Shown here one piece after another: positions 38,448 to 51,010 of a stretch of DNA of 64,000 bases (positions are counted from its first letter, which is position 1; each line of letters begins with the position of its first letter). The notes below the pieces were generated by a model. That model made no database searches and was not told the DNA's origin. It saw only the letters and a list, made by a program, of their open reading frames with translations. The translations under genes and the position numbers were made by a program. Source of the DNA: Octopus sinensis (taxonomy: Eukaryota); NCBI RefSeq assembly GCF_006345805.1, contig NC_043003.1, forward strand, positions 45,818,001 through 45,882,000. Direction: 5' to 3'.

Positions 38448-39284
38448 TATGTGTGTATGTGCATGTGTGTGTGTATGCGTGTACGCGCGTGTGTGTGTAT
38501 GTGTGTGTGAATGTGTGTGTGTGTATATGTGTGTGTGTGAATGTATGTGTGTTTGTGTGTGTGTGTTCTATGCTTCTGCGATGTATAAATTAATAGATTG
38601 TTTTCTTAAATGACAATATAATGAGTGAAACGAAAATAAATTTCTACGAGAGGACATCGTGCTTAGTAAATCGATAAAAGAAAATTAGGAAGAAAAGAAA
38701 AAGTATACATGTATGTATGGAAGAAAATACTAATGAAAAGAATCAAATGTAGAAGTATATAGTTTTATCGTAATGTATTTCGTAATTGCAGTAAATATGG
38801 CTAGCTGAAGGGAAACCTTGTTGTTCACTTGAAAAGACAGACATTAAAAAATACCAATTAAAGTAAACGGGATATAACCACATACGACTACAAAAGAATA
38901 ATATGGCGAATACACAAACTTAGATAGCAATAACTAATGCGCCACTACTAATAACACCAACTCAACCGTTGCTGATGTCGCAAACCATCTGTCGACTCCA
39001 GACAAACAAATCATGCAAGATATATGCTACGTAAGTCATTGCATCATTTCCCAAGTAATTTATCCAAGAAAAGACGAACAGAAAATTGATACAAATCTGT
39101 TTTTCAATAACTCGTTTAGATGAGACAATAAGTCACCAAAAGAAGTTGAAGATTGTCATTTCTTTCTCGACCTGTGGCAAAACATCCTTCTAGGAGGGGA
39201 CGCTGAAAATTTTCTGGCTTTAAGGGTTGCGAAAGTCCTGGTTGGAGGCCCAGCCTTCCCAGTTCTTTTACAGGGCTTAGAAAA

Positions 39285-39490
39285 ACTGAAGGGACGCTAC
39301 CAATAACTGTGAGAATCTGAAAGAGGAATATGTTGAATAAAATCATAATTCACTGATCCTCCTGTATTTTCTTTTACCCAAAATCAGTAGGTTTTCAGCA
39401 GCCCCTCGTATTTTACCTTTTGTCCATTGCCTCAAATTTGCGATGCATCTTGGTCACTAAATTACACTAAGAAAATCTGTAACAAGTTGC
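39285..39490 (+). mobile_element. Mariner 3' end (copy 1, no SINE insertion)
   Basis: Homologous to 40215-40300 plus 40685-40790; degenerate LEKLK..C..L.GEYVE* C-terminus. Confidence 0.7.
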
Positions 39491-39639
39491 CGCATTTTTA
39501 CTATTGCAAATTATCTATAAATGTAGCAGAAGATATCCAGACTATGCTTTCATTTTCTTCACTAACTAGTACTAGACATAATAGGTAACAAGCTGAACTT
39601 AACAATAAGAGAGAAACTAAATATACAATATAAATCCTA

Positions 39640-39890
39640 ATAGTTCTTCTGCTAATTTTTGTAATACCCAAAGTTCTTCTGCTCATTCTTGTAATACCCA
39701 AAGACTTCACTCAGCTTTCGACCCGCGAATCCTCGACTGCTAGCTTCCGCTGGCAAACAACATATTGTCCAAACAATGAAGCGCTAGTCTGCCACTAACT
39801 CTATATAAATATCGCCTGAATCACATATTTACAAACTTCGATTAGAGCAGTAAATCTACATGTAAAAACTCAATAAGCCAAATATCTGAA
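39640..39890. repeat. Unclassified dispersed repeat, second copy at about 56835-57050
   Basis: Shared CTCAGCTTTCG.CC.GCGAATC.TCGAC.GC.AGCTTCC and ATATTTACAAAC..CGATTAGAGC.GTAAA.CTA.ATGTAAA. Confidence 0.7.
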
Positions 39891-40214
39891 GATGCGATCA
39901 TAAATAGTGAGATAGATAAGGATGCTCATACCTGCAGGCATTTATGGTTTATTTGCAAACCAAACTGTATAAGAAAACTGTATAAAACGAAAAAAAAGAA
40001 CCTTCAAATTTCTCGCTTTTTATAACCTTCACAGTTCACAGGTTATTCTTAATGAGAAGTTTATCTATTTTACATTTCTCGACTTAAAGAAATTACCAAA
40101 TGGTGCTTTGTCTACTTAAGCGCCTATTTCAGACACTTTCTCTGTTTAAGGGAATTAAACTGGGAAACGTCTTTTGGTACCGTATGCTTATGAAAGTGTA
40201 GGTATTAATCAGTG

Positions 40215-40790
40215 CTTAGAAAAACTGAAGGAACGCTGCAATAAGTGTGTGAATCTGAGAGGGGAATATGTTGAATAAAATCATAATTCGCTGATCCTCC
40301 TTTGACTCTCTCTTTGACTCTCTTTGACTTGTTTCAGTCATGTGACTGCGGCCATGCTGGAGCACCGCCTTTAGTCGAGCAAATCGACCCCGGGACTTAT
40401 TCTTTGTAAGCCCAGTACTTATTCTATCGGTCTCTTTTGCTGAACCGCTAAGTGACGGGGAGATAAACACACCAGCATCGGTTGTCAAGCAATGCTAGGG
40501 GGACACACACATATATATATATATATAATATATACGACAGGCTTCTCAGTTTCGTCTACCAAATCCACTCACAAGGCATTGGTCGGCCCGGGGCTATAGC
40601 AGAAGACACTTGCCCAAGATGCCACGCAGTGGGACTGAAGCCGGAACCATGTGGTTGGTTAGCAAGCTACTTACCACACAGCCACTCCTGTATTTTCTTT
40701 TATCCAAAATCAGGAAGTTTTCAGCAGCCTCTCGTATTTATTTTACCTTTTGCCCATTGCCACAAATTTTCGATGCATCTTACTCTTTCA
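40215..40790 (+). mobile_element. Mariner 3' end (copy 2), interrupted by a family B SINE
   Basis: LEKLKERCNKCVNLRGEYVE* is a typical mariner transposase C-terminus; the sequence resumes at 40685. Confidence 0.8.
40301..40690 (-). mobile_element. Family B SINE, full length and young-looking
   Basis: All family motifs intact; CTCCT at both junctions. Confidence 0.9.
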
Positions 40791-41221
40791 CTTTACGGTC
40801 GTGTTCTGTGATTTTTTCACTGCGATATAGCGATTAGATTCTCTGGAGGAAATTTAAAGAGTCTGTCTTCTTACTTGTATAAAATAAATACTTATCAGTA
40901 ATGAAGACTATCTTTATATGTGAAAGAGGTAGTAGTAGAGTGACCACGTAGAGACATCTTCAGTAATTGGAGAGTAGCTATGTTCTACACTTCTTGTACT
41001 GTCTTGATATTCCTTGGAGAAAACAAAATGTATTTAAGTCATAACCACCTCATACCAAAATTTATTTACTGGAATGTGTTGAAGAGAAATAAATGCTGTT
41101 GTTACTGCAATGTTGTATGGCCAATGAAATAAAGTACCAGTCAAGTACCGCAAGTGATATAACCGATATTATATATATTATAATCAAATTCCCGAAAATG
41201 AGGCCTTGTACTCGTTAATAA

Positions 41222-41256
41222 ATATCATCATCATCATCATCATATCGTCATCGTCA

Positions 41257-41288
<32 letters not shown>

Positions 41289-41879
41289 ATCGTCATCCAT
41301 CGTCGTCATCATCATCATCAACATCATCAACACCATCAACATCATCATCATCAACATCATCATCATCAACATCATCAACATCATCAACATCATCAACATC
41401 AACATCATCAACATCATCAACATCATCATCAACATCATCATCATCATCAACATCATCATCATCGACACCATCAACATCATCAACATCATCATCATCAACA
41501 TCATCATCATCAACATCATCAACATCATCAACATCATCATCACCAACATCATCATCATCAACATCATCATCATCAACATCATCCACATCATCAACATCAT
41601 CAACATCAACATCATCAACATCATCAACATCATCATCATCAACATCATCATCATCGACACCATCATCAACATCAACATCAACATCATCAACATCAACATC
41701 ATCAACATCATCATCATCAACATCATCATCAACATCATCATCATCATCATCATCGTCATCATGATCATCATGATCATGATGATCATCATCATCATCACCA
41801 CCACCACCACCAATCACCACCACCACCACCACCACCACCATCACCACCATCACCACCATCATCATCATCATCATCATCA

Positions 41880-41920
<41 letters not shown>
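41222..41920. repeat. Long (ATC)n interspersed with AAC, grading into (ACC)n and (ATT)n
   Basis: Direct reading. Confidence 0.92.
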
Positions 41921-41922
<2 letters not shown>

Positions 41923-42525
41923 AGTTCGTCGTTGCGTCGCCTCTGCGATGTAATGCCAAAAGCTTGTCTGCAGTAGTAGTAGGTGAGATGAGGAGCAAGC
42001 GAGTGAAAAGAATGAAGTCAAGAAAAAAAAAAAAGGAAATGAAAACAAATTATAGCATCTTCAGAAAACACTGGCCTGTGTAGCAGAATAAGTAAGCGTA
42101 AGATGCTTGAGAAGGTAGGGATTGCACGAATTATTAGAGTTGAAATTAATAAAGCAACCTGTCAAATTCAGATAACTCTACTCTACATCTTTTCCCCTTC
42201 CATCCTTTCTCTTCCAGGGTATGTCTATATATCTACCCTCTTGTATGTCTTTGCCTCTCCTCCCTCTGTATATGTGTCTATGTACATTCACAGATACACA
42301 CACATGCGCCCACCCACACGCACATACACATTACCACATATACATTACCTAATGTATAAATAATATAAATATGCATATACATATGCATCATCTATATACA
42401 TGTACATATTATCTATCTATCAATCTCTCTCTCTCGCTCTCTCTCTCTCTGTATATATATATATATATATATATATAGATATATATATATATATTATATA
42501 TATAGATAGATAGATAGATAGATAG

Positions 42526-42561
<36 letters not shown>

Positions 42562-42904
42562 GGAGAAAGAGAGAAATTTGTGTGTGTGTATATGTATCTC
42601 AGTAATTATATGTACCTCTTTCTGTAAATCGCTCTCTCTTTCTCTCTCACCTAACATTTTACTACATATACGCCTGTGAATATTTATGAAGTTTTACCAA
42701 TGACAAAAATCTGCTGTTCCACTCAACGCCACAAATTACCAATAATCTAGATTTCTTCTAAACCAGTACCTTTTAATTTTTCATTTTCTTTTCTAAAACT
42801 ACATCCGCATTCCTTACGTTCATCTCCTGCATCACACCTTTTTCTCAGCCTTTCAATATTTGTTTTCTTCCCTCCCTCCCTCTCTCCGTCCTCTCTCTCT
42901 CTCA

Positions 42905-42937
<33 letters not shown>

Positions 42938-43979
42938 CCTCTCTCTTATGTTAGAGCTCTGATTACTAAAAACTAAAACGCCAAGAACCCCTCATTACAA
43001 GGAACTTCAACATAACTACCAACTCTTTCTTGCACTCCGCTGTAACCATTTTCGTCATCTTGATTTTCTCCGTTTGCTTTATCCGAGTACTCTAGTTTCT
43101 TTCTTTTTGTCTCTATAATCTCCAAGTAAAACCATTTCCTCGATTCTTTTAATTAAGTCCCACCCATGCCCTGCATTGTAAGCTTCACTACCAGAAAGAC
43201 CACCAACAGCAATACCAATATAACCATCCTCTTTCTCCCCTCATGTTGATCAACATCAACAGAATCATCATCTTATTTTTCCTTCGGTTACATATTGTTT
43301 TACCACTTCTCCATTTCCGTATCCCTTCATTTAAGTAGTTTAGACTTTCTTTTAGCGATACTAATTATTTGGATGTCAAACATTGTCAGTAAGTCTGCGC
43401 TAGCGTTTCAGTTCCATAATTCAAGAGCTTAGTAGAAATATCCTGATTGTAATTACTATATATGGATAGTTTATTTAGATGAAACTCATTGAACTTTAAT
43501 GGTCGTTGTCGCACGCATTTCAAGTTTCCACTTATTTCGAAGACTATATTTCGTTTTAAAAATGGCCAATTATTTTCCTTCCGATTATAACCACCAGAGC
43601 TACATATTCACCTTGAAGCAATGAACGGGAAACACTAAACTATGAAAGACGCTTCTGCATTTCCTTGCTAAAAGCAAGACGGAAAGAAAATAAACGAAGG
43701 GAAAAAACTTACAAAAGAAGCAACACTCGCAAAGGGAAGTCGAGTGAAAAGTGTGAAGAGAAGGCATTTCCTCACAACTGGAACTGTATGAAATTCACAG
43801 TTCTTTGCACAAAAGGAAAAGGACTTCTAAAACTACTGAATGAAGTGGAAGAGGAACAATGAACTAACACTTGCAAGTTACTGAAAGAATAGGATATGGC
43901 CTTCTATTTTTGGAACATTAGATTGATAAATAGTTGAAGAAAGATCTGAAATGCATTGCAACTGACGTGATTAGCCATC

Positions 43980-44615
43980 AACCAGTTCTTCATGGAAAAG
44001 CACAGCTACTCCGTTGTCAGAACTAAGGTGTATGCTCGAAACTATGATGGGAAAACTGTTCTTTGGGTAAGAAAAAGGAGAGGTGAAACGTAGTCAGAAA
44101 GCCACACTTCGGTTTTTGATAGATCATAATGGGCGCAAGTTTCTCAACTCCTAGCAGATGTGCGTGTGTGTAGCTTGTCAGCAGAACTGTGCTCGACTTT
44201 CGAGAAGAGTGGCGAGTGGGAAGCAAGGATTGATTTCAGTTCTTAACTCGAAGACCTATCATGAACTAGCAAGAGTGTCGGAGGGTGGCGAAAAATTCAT
44301 ATGATCGGCAAAAATACATGAGTCGGTAGCTGGCTGTACGAAGAGCAAATCGCCTAATTTGGGTCGTCTGCCCAACGAAACTTAAATATGCGAGACTTGT
44401 TTGGATATGAGAGCGGTGGGGTAGCCGAGAAAGAGGGAATCACATTGGTAGTTTACATCCCATATTGCTATTAAACACAGATTTCAAAACTTTGGCCAAG
44501 TTATTTGCAAAGATCGTGGCACTTATAGTGGATTATATTGTTAATGCACAAATGCGCACCATCAAGTATAGATGTATTTACAACAATTCCCACCTAATGT
44601 GATACACCATACAAT
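43980..44615 (+). pseudogene. Decayed L1/Tx1-clade LINE ORF2 fragment (RT N-terminal region)
   Basis: AKIHESVAGCTKSKSPNLGRLPNE resembles ..KSPGLDGLPYE; LLNTDFKTLAKLFAK resembles LLNTDYKILAKVLA. Confidence 0.75.
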
Positions 44616-44909
44616 TGAAGTCGATAAATCATTTAAGAGTTGTACCTAACAATAATATTTTCTTGATATATACATGTTTGGTGATGTTGCTGGTTATGAT
44701 CATTTGTGTCATTCTCTGAGAATCTTGTGGTGTTTATTTCTACCACGTCATTTCTGTGAAAATTTTAAAATACTACTCGAATTTCCGCTGTATGGAATTT
44801 ACAATTACTTGCCAATTTTTAAACATCCTTCAGTAATTTCTGCTGCATTAAAAATTACTTTAGTTTCTCGCGTTAAGGCTTTGACCAAAACCAATAATGA
44901 TGATAGTGA

Positions 44910-44986
<77 letters not shown>

Positions 44987-45009
44987 TGATGATGATGATG
45001 ATGATGATG

Positions 45010-45060
<51 letters not shown>

Positions 45061-45097
45061 TAATAATAATATTAATAATAATAATAATAATTATAAT
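44910..45097 (+). repeat. (AAT)n(GAT)n(AAT)n microsatellite
   Basis: Direct reading. Confidence 0.95.
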
Positions 45098-45390
45098 ATC
45101 AAGGGGAATATAAATCAGAAGGCATCAAGGGGAATATAAAGGAAATTGAAATAGAGTGCCCAGTAGAATTATTACAAAAGGTTTGCTTCCTTGAATCGAC
45201 CAAAATTATCAGGAAAACATTAGATAGCTGAAAAGAATAGACAGCATGGTACTGTAGGCTGCATTTCGCAAACCCGCTACACATGTATGACTCCAGGAGC
45301 TCCACAGCATGGTACTGTAGGCTGCAGTTCGCAAACCCGCTACGCATGTAAGACTCCAGGATCTCCAACAATACTTGTGATAAGAGAAAT
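45098..45390 (+). mobile_element. 3' end of a third RLE (R4/Dong-like) element in (AAT)n
   Basis: KGNIKEIEIECPVELLQKVCFLESTKIIRKTLDS* (stop 45229-45231) resembles the R4-type C-terminus LQK..LLGTA.ILRK.L; the 3' UTR runs into (AAT)n. Confidence 0.7.
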
Positions 45391-45414
45391 AATAATAATA
45401 ACGATAACATGGTT

Positions 45415-45590
45415 TCAAGTTTTAGCACAAGGCCAGTAGTTTGAGGGGAGGGGCTAAGTTGATTACATCGACTCAGTGCTAAATTGGTACTTATTTTATC
45501 TATTCCGAAAGGGATTAAAGGGAAAGTCGACTTCGGTGGAATTTGAACTCAGAATCTAAAGACGGACGAAATGCCGCTAAGCATTACCCC
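45415..45590 (-). mobile_element. Family A SINE, short-tail type
   Basis: Reverse-complement family motifs. Confidence 0.8.
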
Positions 45591-46029
45591 TGTAATGATG
45601 ATGGTGATGATCTTAGTAAACGAAGATTAAAAAATGAAAAAAAAAACACACCAAAAATACAAAGCTGAAACTAGCATATCTGCGATTTGCAAAGCCTTCC
45701 TCAAAATCACACCGACCGTCGTCTTAAATGAATGTCACTTTGGATAGTGTAATTTATATATATTAAAATATAGTCACATCTCAAATGCCTTTGATTAAAG
45801 TATGCTCGCTCAGGGTTCACGTTGGGTTAAGCACAAGTATCAGTTGGTCTGTATTTCATCTGTGCTCTATGGAGTATTTTGAGTGCTGATAGATCAGAAC
45901 ATAAGTGGTGACAGGTGTTTTATTTTAATGACTATTGTGTGGAGTATTTGCGTGGTTTGCACTTCAGTGTCATGTGACAATTGTGTAGATTATGAGTGGG
46001 TGACTTTTATTATATATTTTATTGCTGTG

Positions 46030-46250
46030 GATTAAAGCGGCGAACTGGCAGAATCGTTTAAACGCCGGGCCAAAAATACTTATCAACATTTTTGTCTCTC
46101 TTTATGTTCTGAATTCAAATTTACCCGAAGTCGGATTTACCATTCATCCTTTTGGGAACGATGAAATAAGTACCAGTTAAGCACTGGGGTCGATGTAATT
46201 GCCTGAAACCATCTCCTCAAATTTGCTGGCCTTGATCCAAATTTTAAAAC
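46030..46250 (+). mobile_element. Family A SINE, short-tail type
   Basis: AGCGGCGAACTGGCAGAATCG..AAGTACCAGTT..CACTGGGGTCGATGTAAT. Confidence 0.8.
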
Positions 46251-48992
46251 CATTGTATATATATTTAATTACTAATTATTTATTATTGAGGAAAACAATG
46301 CACAGCATGCTAAAAGCTTCTACTTAACAATTCTCATTGATGCTAATTCACTGATTGACCAAAACTAGATGCAAGTAAGTATAACATTATTTTCTTCCAT
46401 CAAAATGTTTGGCTGAAACATCAAAACAAGTGAAAATCGTTTATGCAAGAAATCAGAACATTTACAAAGAAAGTCTGTACTTCCTGCCGGGAACCTTTTA
46501 TCTTAACTAAGAATTAGAAGAAAATCGCTCTGCATATCAGCTGAAAATTATATATTGCTATAGTCTTTATATGCTGGAAACTGATACAAATATAGATAAA
46601 GAGAAGGAACAAGACAAACATAAATTCCACAAAATCAAGTTAGCTATATACAAGAGACATGTAATAATGAATATAAATACGTGATACATAGAAAGAAATG
46701 TGCAAGTTAGAAACAATTTGTGTGTCAACAGATGCTAGATATCTTGAATTAGCGAGTATGATGTGAGAAGTAGTTATACCTTGTTTAAGATATCGTTCTG
46801 ATACGTGACTCCCTTGAGATATAACAGCATTATGCAATCTTACGCATTGTAATATGTAAGGATAAAAGAATCATGCGATGAAGGAAGATAAAAAAATGGA
46901 GAACAACATACAGCGTATGTATACTATTAACAACAAAGCATATTCATGTTATATTTAGATGAACTCATATAAACGTTCAAATATATACACAGGTATTTCT
47001 GTATGCATGCCCATGAGCTGAATACGGGTATATGTTTGGTTCAATAATAGTCACACTGAACAACATGTAGATGTATACGACGAGATAAAGAAAGCAGGTG
47101 AATGCAGAAATATACACTTATGTATGAGAGAAGTAATAACGCATACATGTTCATTCGCATATATATTCATTCAAATATGATAGAGCAAAGCAGACATCAA
47201 AACGTACACATCGTCTTATGACAGACATTTCATTAGGGTTTGTTATGTAGCAGAATTTAATAGTCAAACAAACATAGATGTAAAACAGGCAAAAAGCTCC
47301 ATGCATGCAAGGGGCTTCTACTGCCTGATTATGCAATGAAATAAAGCATATTAACTTGCAGATACTTGGAAATTCAATTCTGAATATTTGTGTACGGAGT
47401 ACGTCAAAGTGGAATCAAGCAGTTTGGTGTCAAACTAAATGGTATAGAATATACTTACTGCAGTCTATCAGTTTGAATTCAGAAATATGCAAAACTCTTA
47501 GGTTATGACATCTACTAGACGCTGATCTTGCCAGGATGAATATGGAAGTATGATTCAAGAACGAAATTTGTTATAAAACAAATTAGGCACAAAGACAATA
47601 TATGTGTGCTTGTGTATGCATATACATATGCATGTACACGCAAAAACACACACACACGCACACACACACACAAAAACACACACACAAAACAGATATACAG
47701 ACATATTAATTGTGGAATATGCTAGAAGTTTTCAAGCATTTTTGTAAAAATTGTTACTATTATTAGTCTATATCTCTATATGTATTTCTACATGTATATG
47801 AGTATATATACATATATATGTGTGTGTGTGTGTGTGTATGTGTGTGTGTATGTGTGTGTGGGTGGGTATGCATATATATATATATAAATTTATGTATGTA
47901 TGTTTGTGTATGGAAGTATGCATGTATGTGTGTATATATGTCTGAATGGATGCAAGTACGAATAACGCACATACACATATACACACTCACACTTACAAGT
48001 ATGTGTATGTATACATACATATATATACATAAATAAATAAATAAATAAATATATATATATATAATATCACATGCATGTGTGTATGTTTACATTTTCATAT
48101 GTACATATACGTGTGTATATACGCACATATACAGATTGATGTAGATGAGATGTACATACTTCCATACATGACTACTTACATACCTACTTACATACCTACC
48201 CACCTACCGACATACCTACCTACATACATACATACATACATACATACATACATACATACATACATACATACATCAATACATACATACATACATACATACA
48301 TTAAACAGACACTGAATGAGAAGGGAAACGTTATATCCTTCATAATGAAGAGGAAAAAAAAAAGCTATCAGATCTCATCAGTTAAACTGTTTCTCAAATT
48401 CACAAGCTTCATGAATTATGTAACATCTCATTGTATCTAAGTGAATGCTGTCAAAATTCATTGCACACTTGGGATTGAAACCGCCCCATCATATTTCAGA
48501 ATTTATATGAAAATTGCTTTATAACAAGCTATATCGATTGAGAAGCTTGTTTTATCAATAACATTAAATATTCTCCACCATATCTTGTCCACATCTTTAG
48601 TAGTTTCATGAGTATTTGATATTCATGTCTAAATATCTACGTCTAGGCGTATAATCTGTGTTGTATGTGTATATTTCATTCTGTGCTTATAAATTTGAGT
48701 ACACACAGGCAGACATGTATACATCCACATCCTCAAAACACACACATATACATATATATATACATATATATGTGTGTGTGTATCAAATAGCTAATCCATA
48801 ATCCGTAGTCCGACAAAATATATTCTGTTTCGACTATGGCTCTTCGTAAAGTAGAGATAAAATATTTAGAGGAATTATTTTAAAGCATATAGCAAAAAGA
48901 AAAGAAGGGAAATTATGTAAAAACACCCACATACAAAATCATGCGTGCACGCATACACACACGAACATAACGTATCTCTCTCCGTGTATGTA

Positions 48993-49069
<77 letters not shown>

Positions 49070-49109
49070 CTCTCTCTCTCTCTCTCTATACATATATATA
49101 TATATATAA

Positions 49110-49400
49110 TCATTTCTAAATCTCTCTACGGCAGCTAACATGGTTATCGCCAAGCTAACATGGCAGTCCAGAATGATAGGACGAATGCTGCAGTTGATTA
49201 GCTCCGAGAGGCCATCGAATCTAGCTAACTATGTGACACACAAATCTTTGTCCATAACAACCTTCGAACAGGAGAGGTCATCAGCTTCCCCTTGCCGGTT
49301 CAACATCCACGGACCGGTTTGGGGTTATTTGCCCCTTTTCTATGTGGAGTAGCTGAACAAACAGGCGTCGCTGTTGACTGTCTGTTCGAAGGACTATTTA
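49110..49400 (-). mobile_element. Structured non-coding repeat with a decayed minimal hammerhead (probable Penelope-like terminal repeat)
   Basis: Reverse strand 49348-49306: TCCACA-TAGAAAA-GGGG-CAAATAA-CCCC-AAA-CCGG-TC-CGTGGA. An 11-bp inverted repeat lies at 49261 and 49382. Confidence 0.55.
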
Positions 49401-49734
49401 TATATGCGACAACAATTCCATCACAAATCATAACAGAGATGTTATGATTTATACATAAGGTGGGATGTGTACAGATTCCAATTTGGTATACGCAGCTGAA
49501 TGCATCAAACACAAATTGATTTATATTGGTTGTACAAGAGAACAGATATATAAAAGATTCAATGGTTGTACAAGAGAACAGAAATATAAAAGGCAATAAT
49601 TCGACATTTTACATTAAACAGCTGCAATTTTGAGGACTATCTGAAAGTGCACATTCTCAGAAAATATTCTGACTCTACTATAATTTCAGTCGTCGAAATG
49701 CATGAGAACAAATATATTTCTGAATTATTAACAT

Positions 49735-50160
49735 CATGAGTGGCTGAGTGGTAACTAGCTTGCTTACTAGCCACATGGTTCCGGGTTCAGACCCACTGCG
49801 TGGCACCTTAGGCTAGTGTCTTCTACTATAGCCTCGGGCCGACCAAAGCTTTGTGAGCGGATTTGGTAGACGGAACTGAAAGAAGCCTGTCGTATATGTC
49901 TATATATACATATTCATATATATATATATGTGTGTGTATGTAAGTGTGTGTTTGTGTGTCTGTGTTTTTCCCCTCCACAACATCACTTGACAACTGATGC
50001 TGGTGTGTTTACATCAACGTAACTTAGCAGTTCGGCAAAGTGGTCGACAGAATACGTACTAGGCTTACAAAGAATAAGTCCTGGGGTCGATTTGCTCGAC
50101 TAAAGCTGGTGCTCCAGCATGGCCGCACTCAAATGACTGAAACAGATAAAAGACCAAAAG
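49735..50160 (+). mobile_element. Family B SINE, full length
   Basis: All family motifs present. Confidence 0.9.
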
Positions 50161-51010
50161 ACTCACAACTTGGAGGAATGAATAAAATGACAGGTGAATT
50201 TCATCACATTTACACAAAACTGTTCGACTGATCATTCTTTTTCTTATTTTCCAACGATTTGTAACTCTATCCGTCAGAGGCTGCAACCTCTTTAGTAAAT
50301 TTAGTAAAGATCTGCTTATATTGTTTCTATCGTTTAAGATGTGCTTACATGTAATTTTTATAGCTTATGCTTTGTAATGTTTATTTTATTACTTCTGATT
50401 CATATTGTATTGTACATTATATATGTGTGTATGCATATAAATATATGTATGCATGTGTGTATGTATGAATGTGTGTGTTTTGTGTGTCTGTGTTTTTCCC
50501 CTCCACAACATCACTTGACAACTGATGCTGGTGTGTTTACATCAACGTAACTTAGCAGTTCGGCAAAGTGGTCGACAGAATACGTACTAGGCTTACAAAG
50601 AATAAGTCCTGGGGTCGATTTGCTCGACTAAAGCTGGTGCTCCAGCATGGCCGCACTCAAATGACTGAAACAGATAAAAGACCAAAAGACTCACAACTTG
50701 GAGGAATGAATAAAATGACAGGTGAATTTCATCACATTTACACAAAACTGTTCGACTGATCATTCTTTTTCTTATTTTCCAACGATTTGTAACTCTATCC
50801 GTCAGAGGCTGCAACCTCTTTAGTAAATTTAGTAAAGATCTGCTTATATTGTTTCTATCGTTTAAGATGTGCTTACATGTCATTTTTATAGCTTATGCTT
50901 TGTAATGTTTATTTTATTACTTCTGATTCATATTGTATTGTACATTATATATGTGTGTATGCATATAAATATATGTATGCATGTGTGTATGTATGAATGT
51001 GTGTGTTTGT
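49944..51010 (+). repeat. 528-bp near-perfect tandem duplication (SINE 3' half plus about 320 bp of unique flank)
   Basis: CCACAA at 49975 and 50503; identical 63-aa ORFs at 50040 and 50568; one substitution seen (50353 A versus 50881 C). Confidence 0.95.

Noticed and set aside
40935-40965. Minus-strand CTGAAGATGTCTCTACGTGG, the start of a hammerhead-like core
   Set aside because: The sequence breaks off before the stem II partner and GAAA; too little to call.
43665-43862. Lysine/arginine-rich 65-aa ORF
   Set aside because: It lies just upstream of the decayed Tx1 fragment and probably belongs to it; there is no independent gene evidence.
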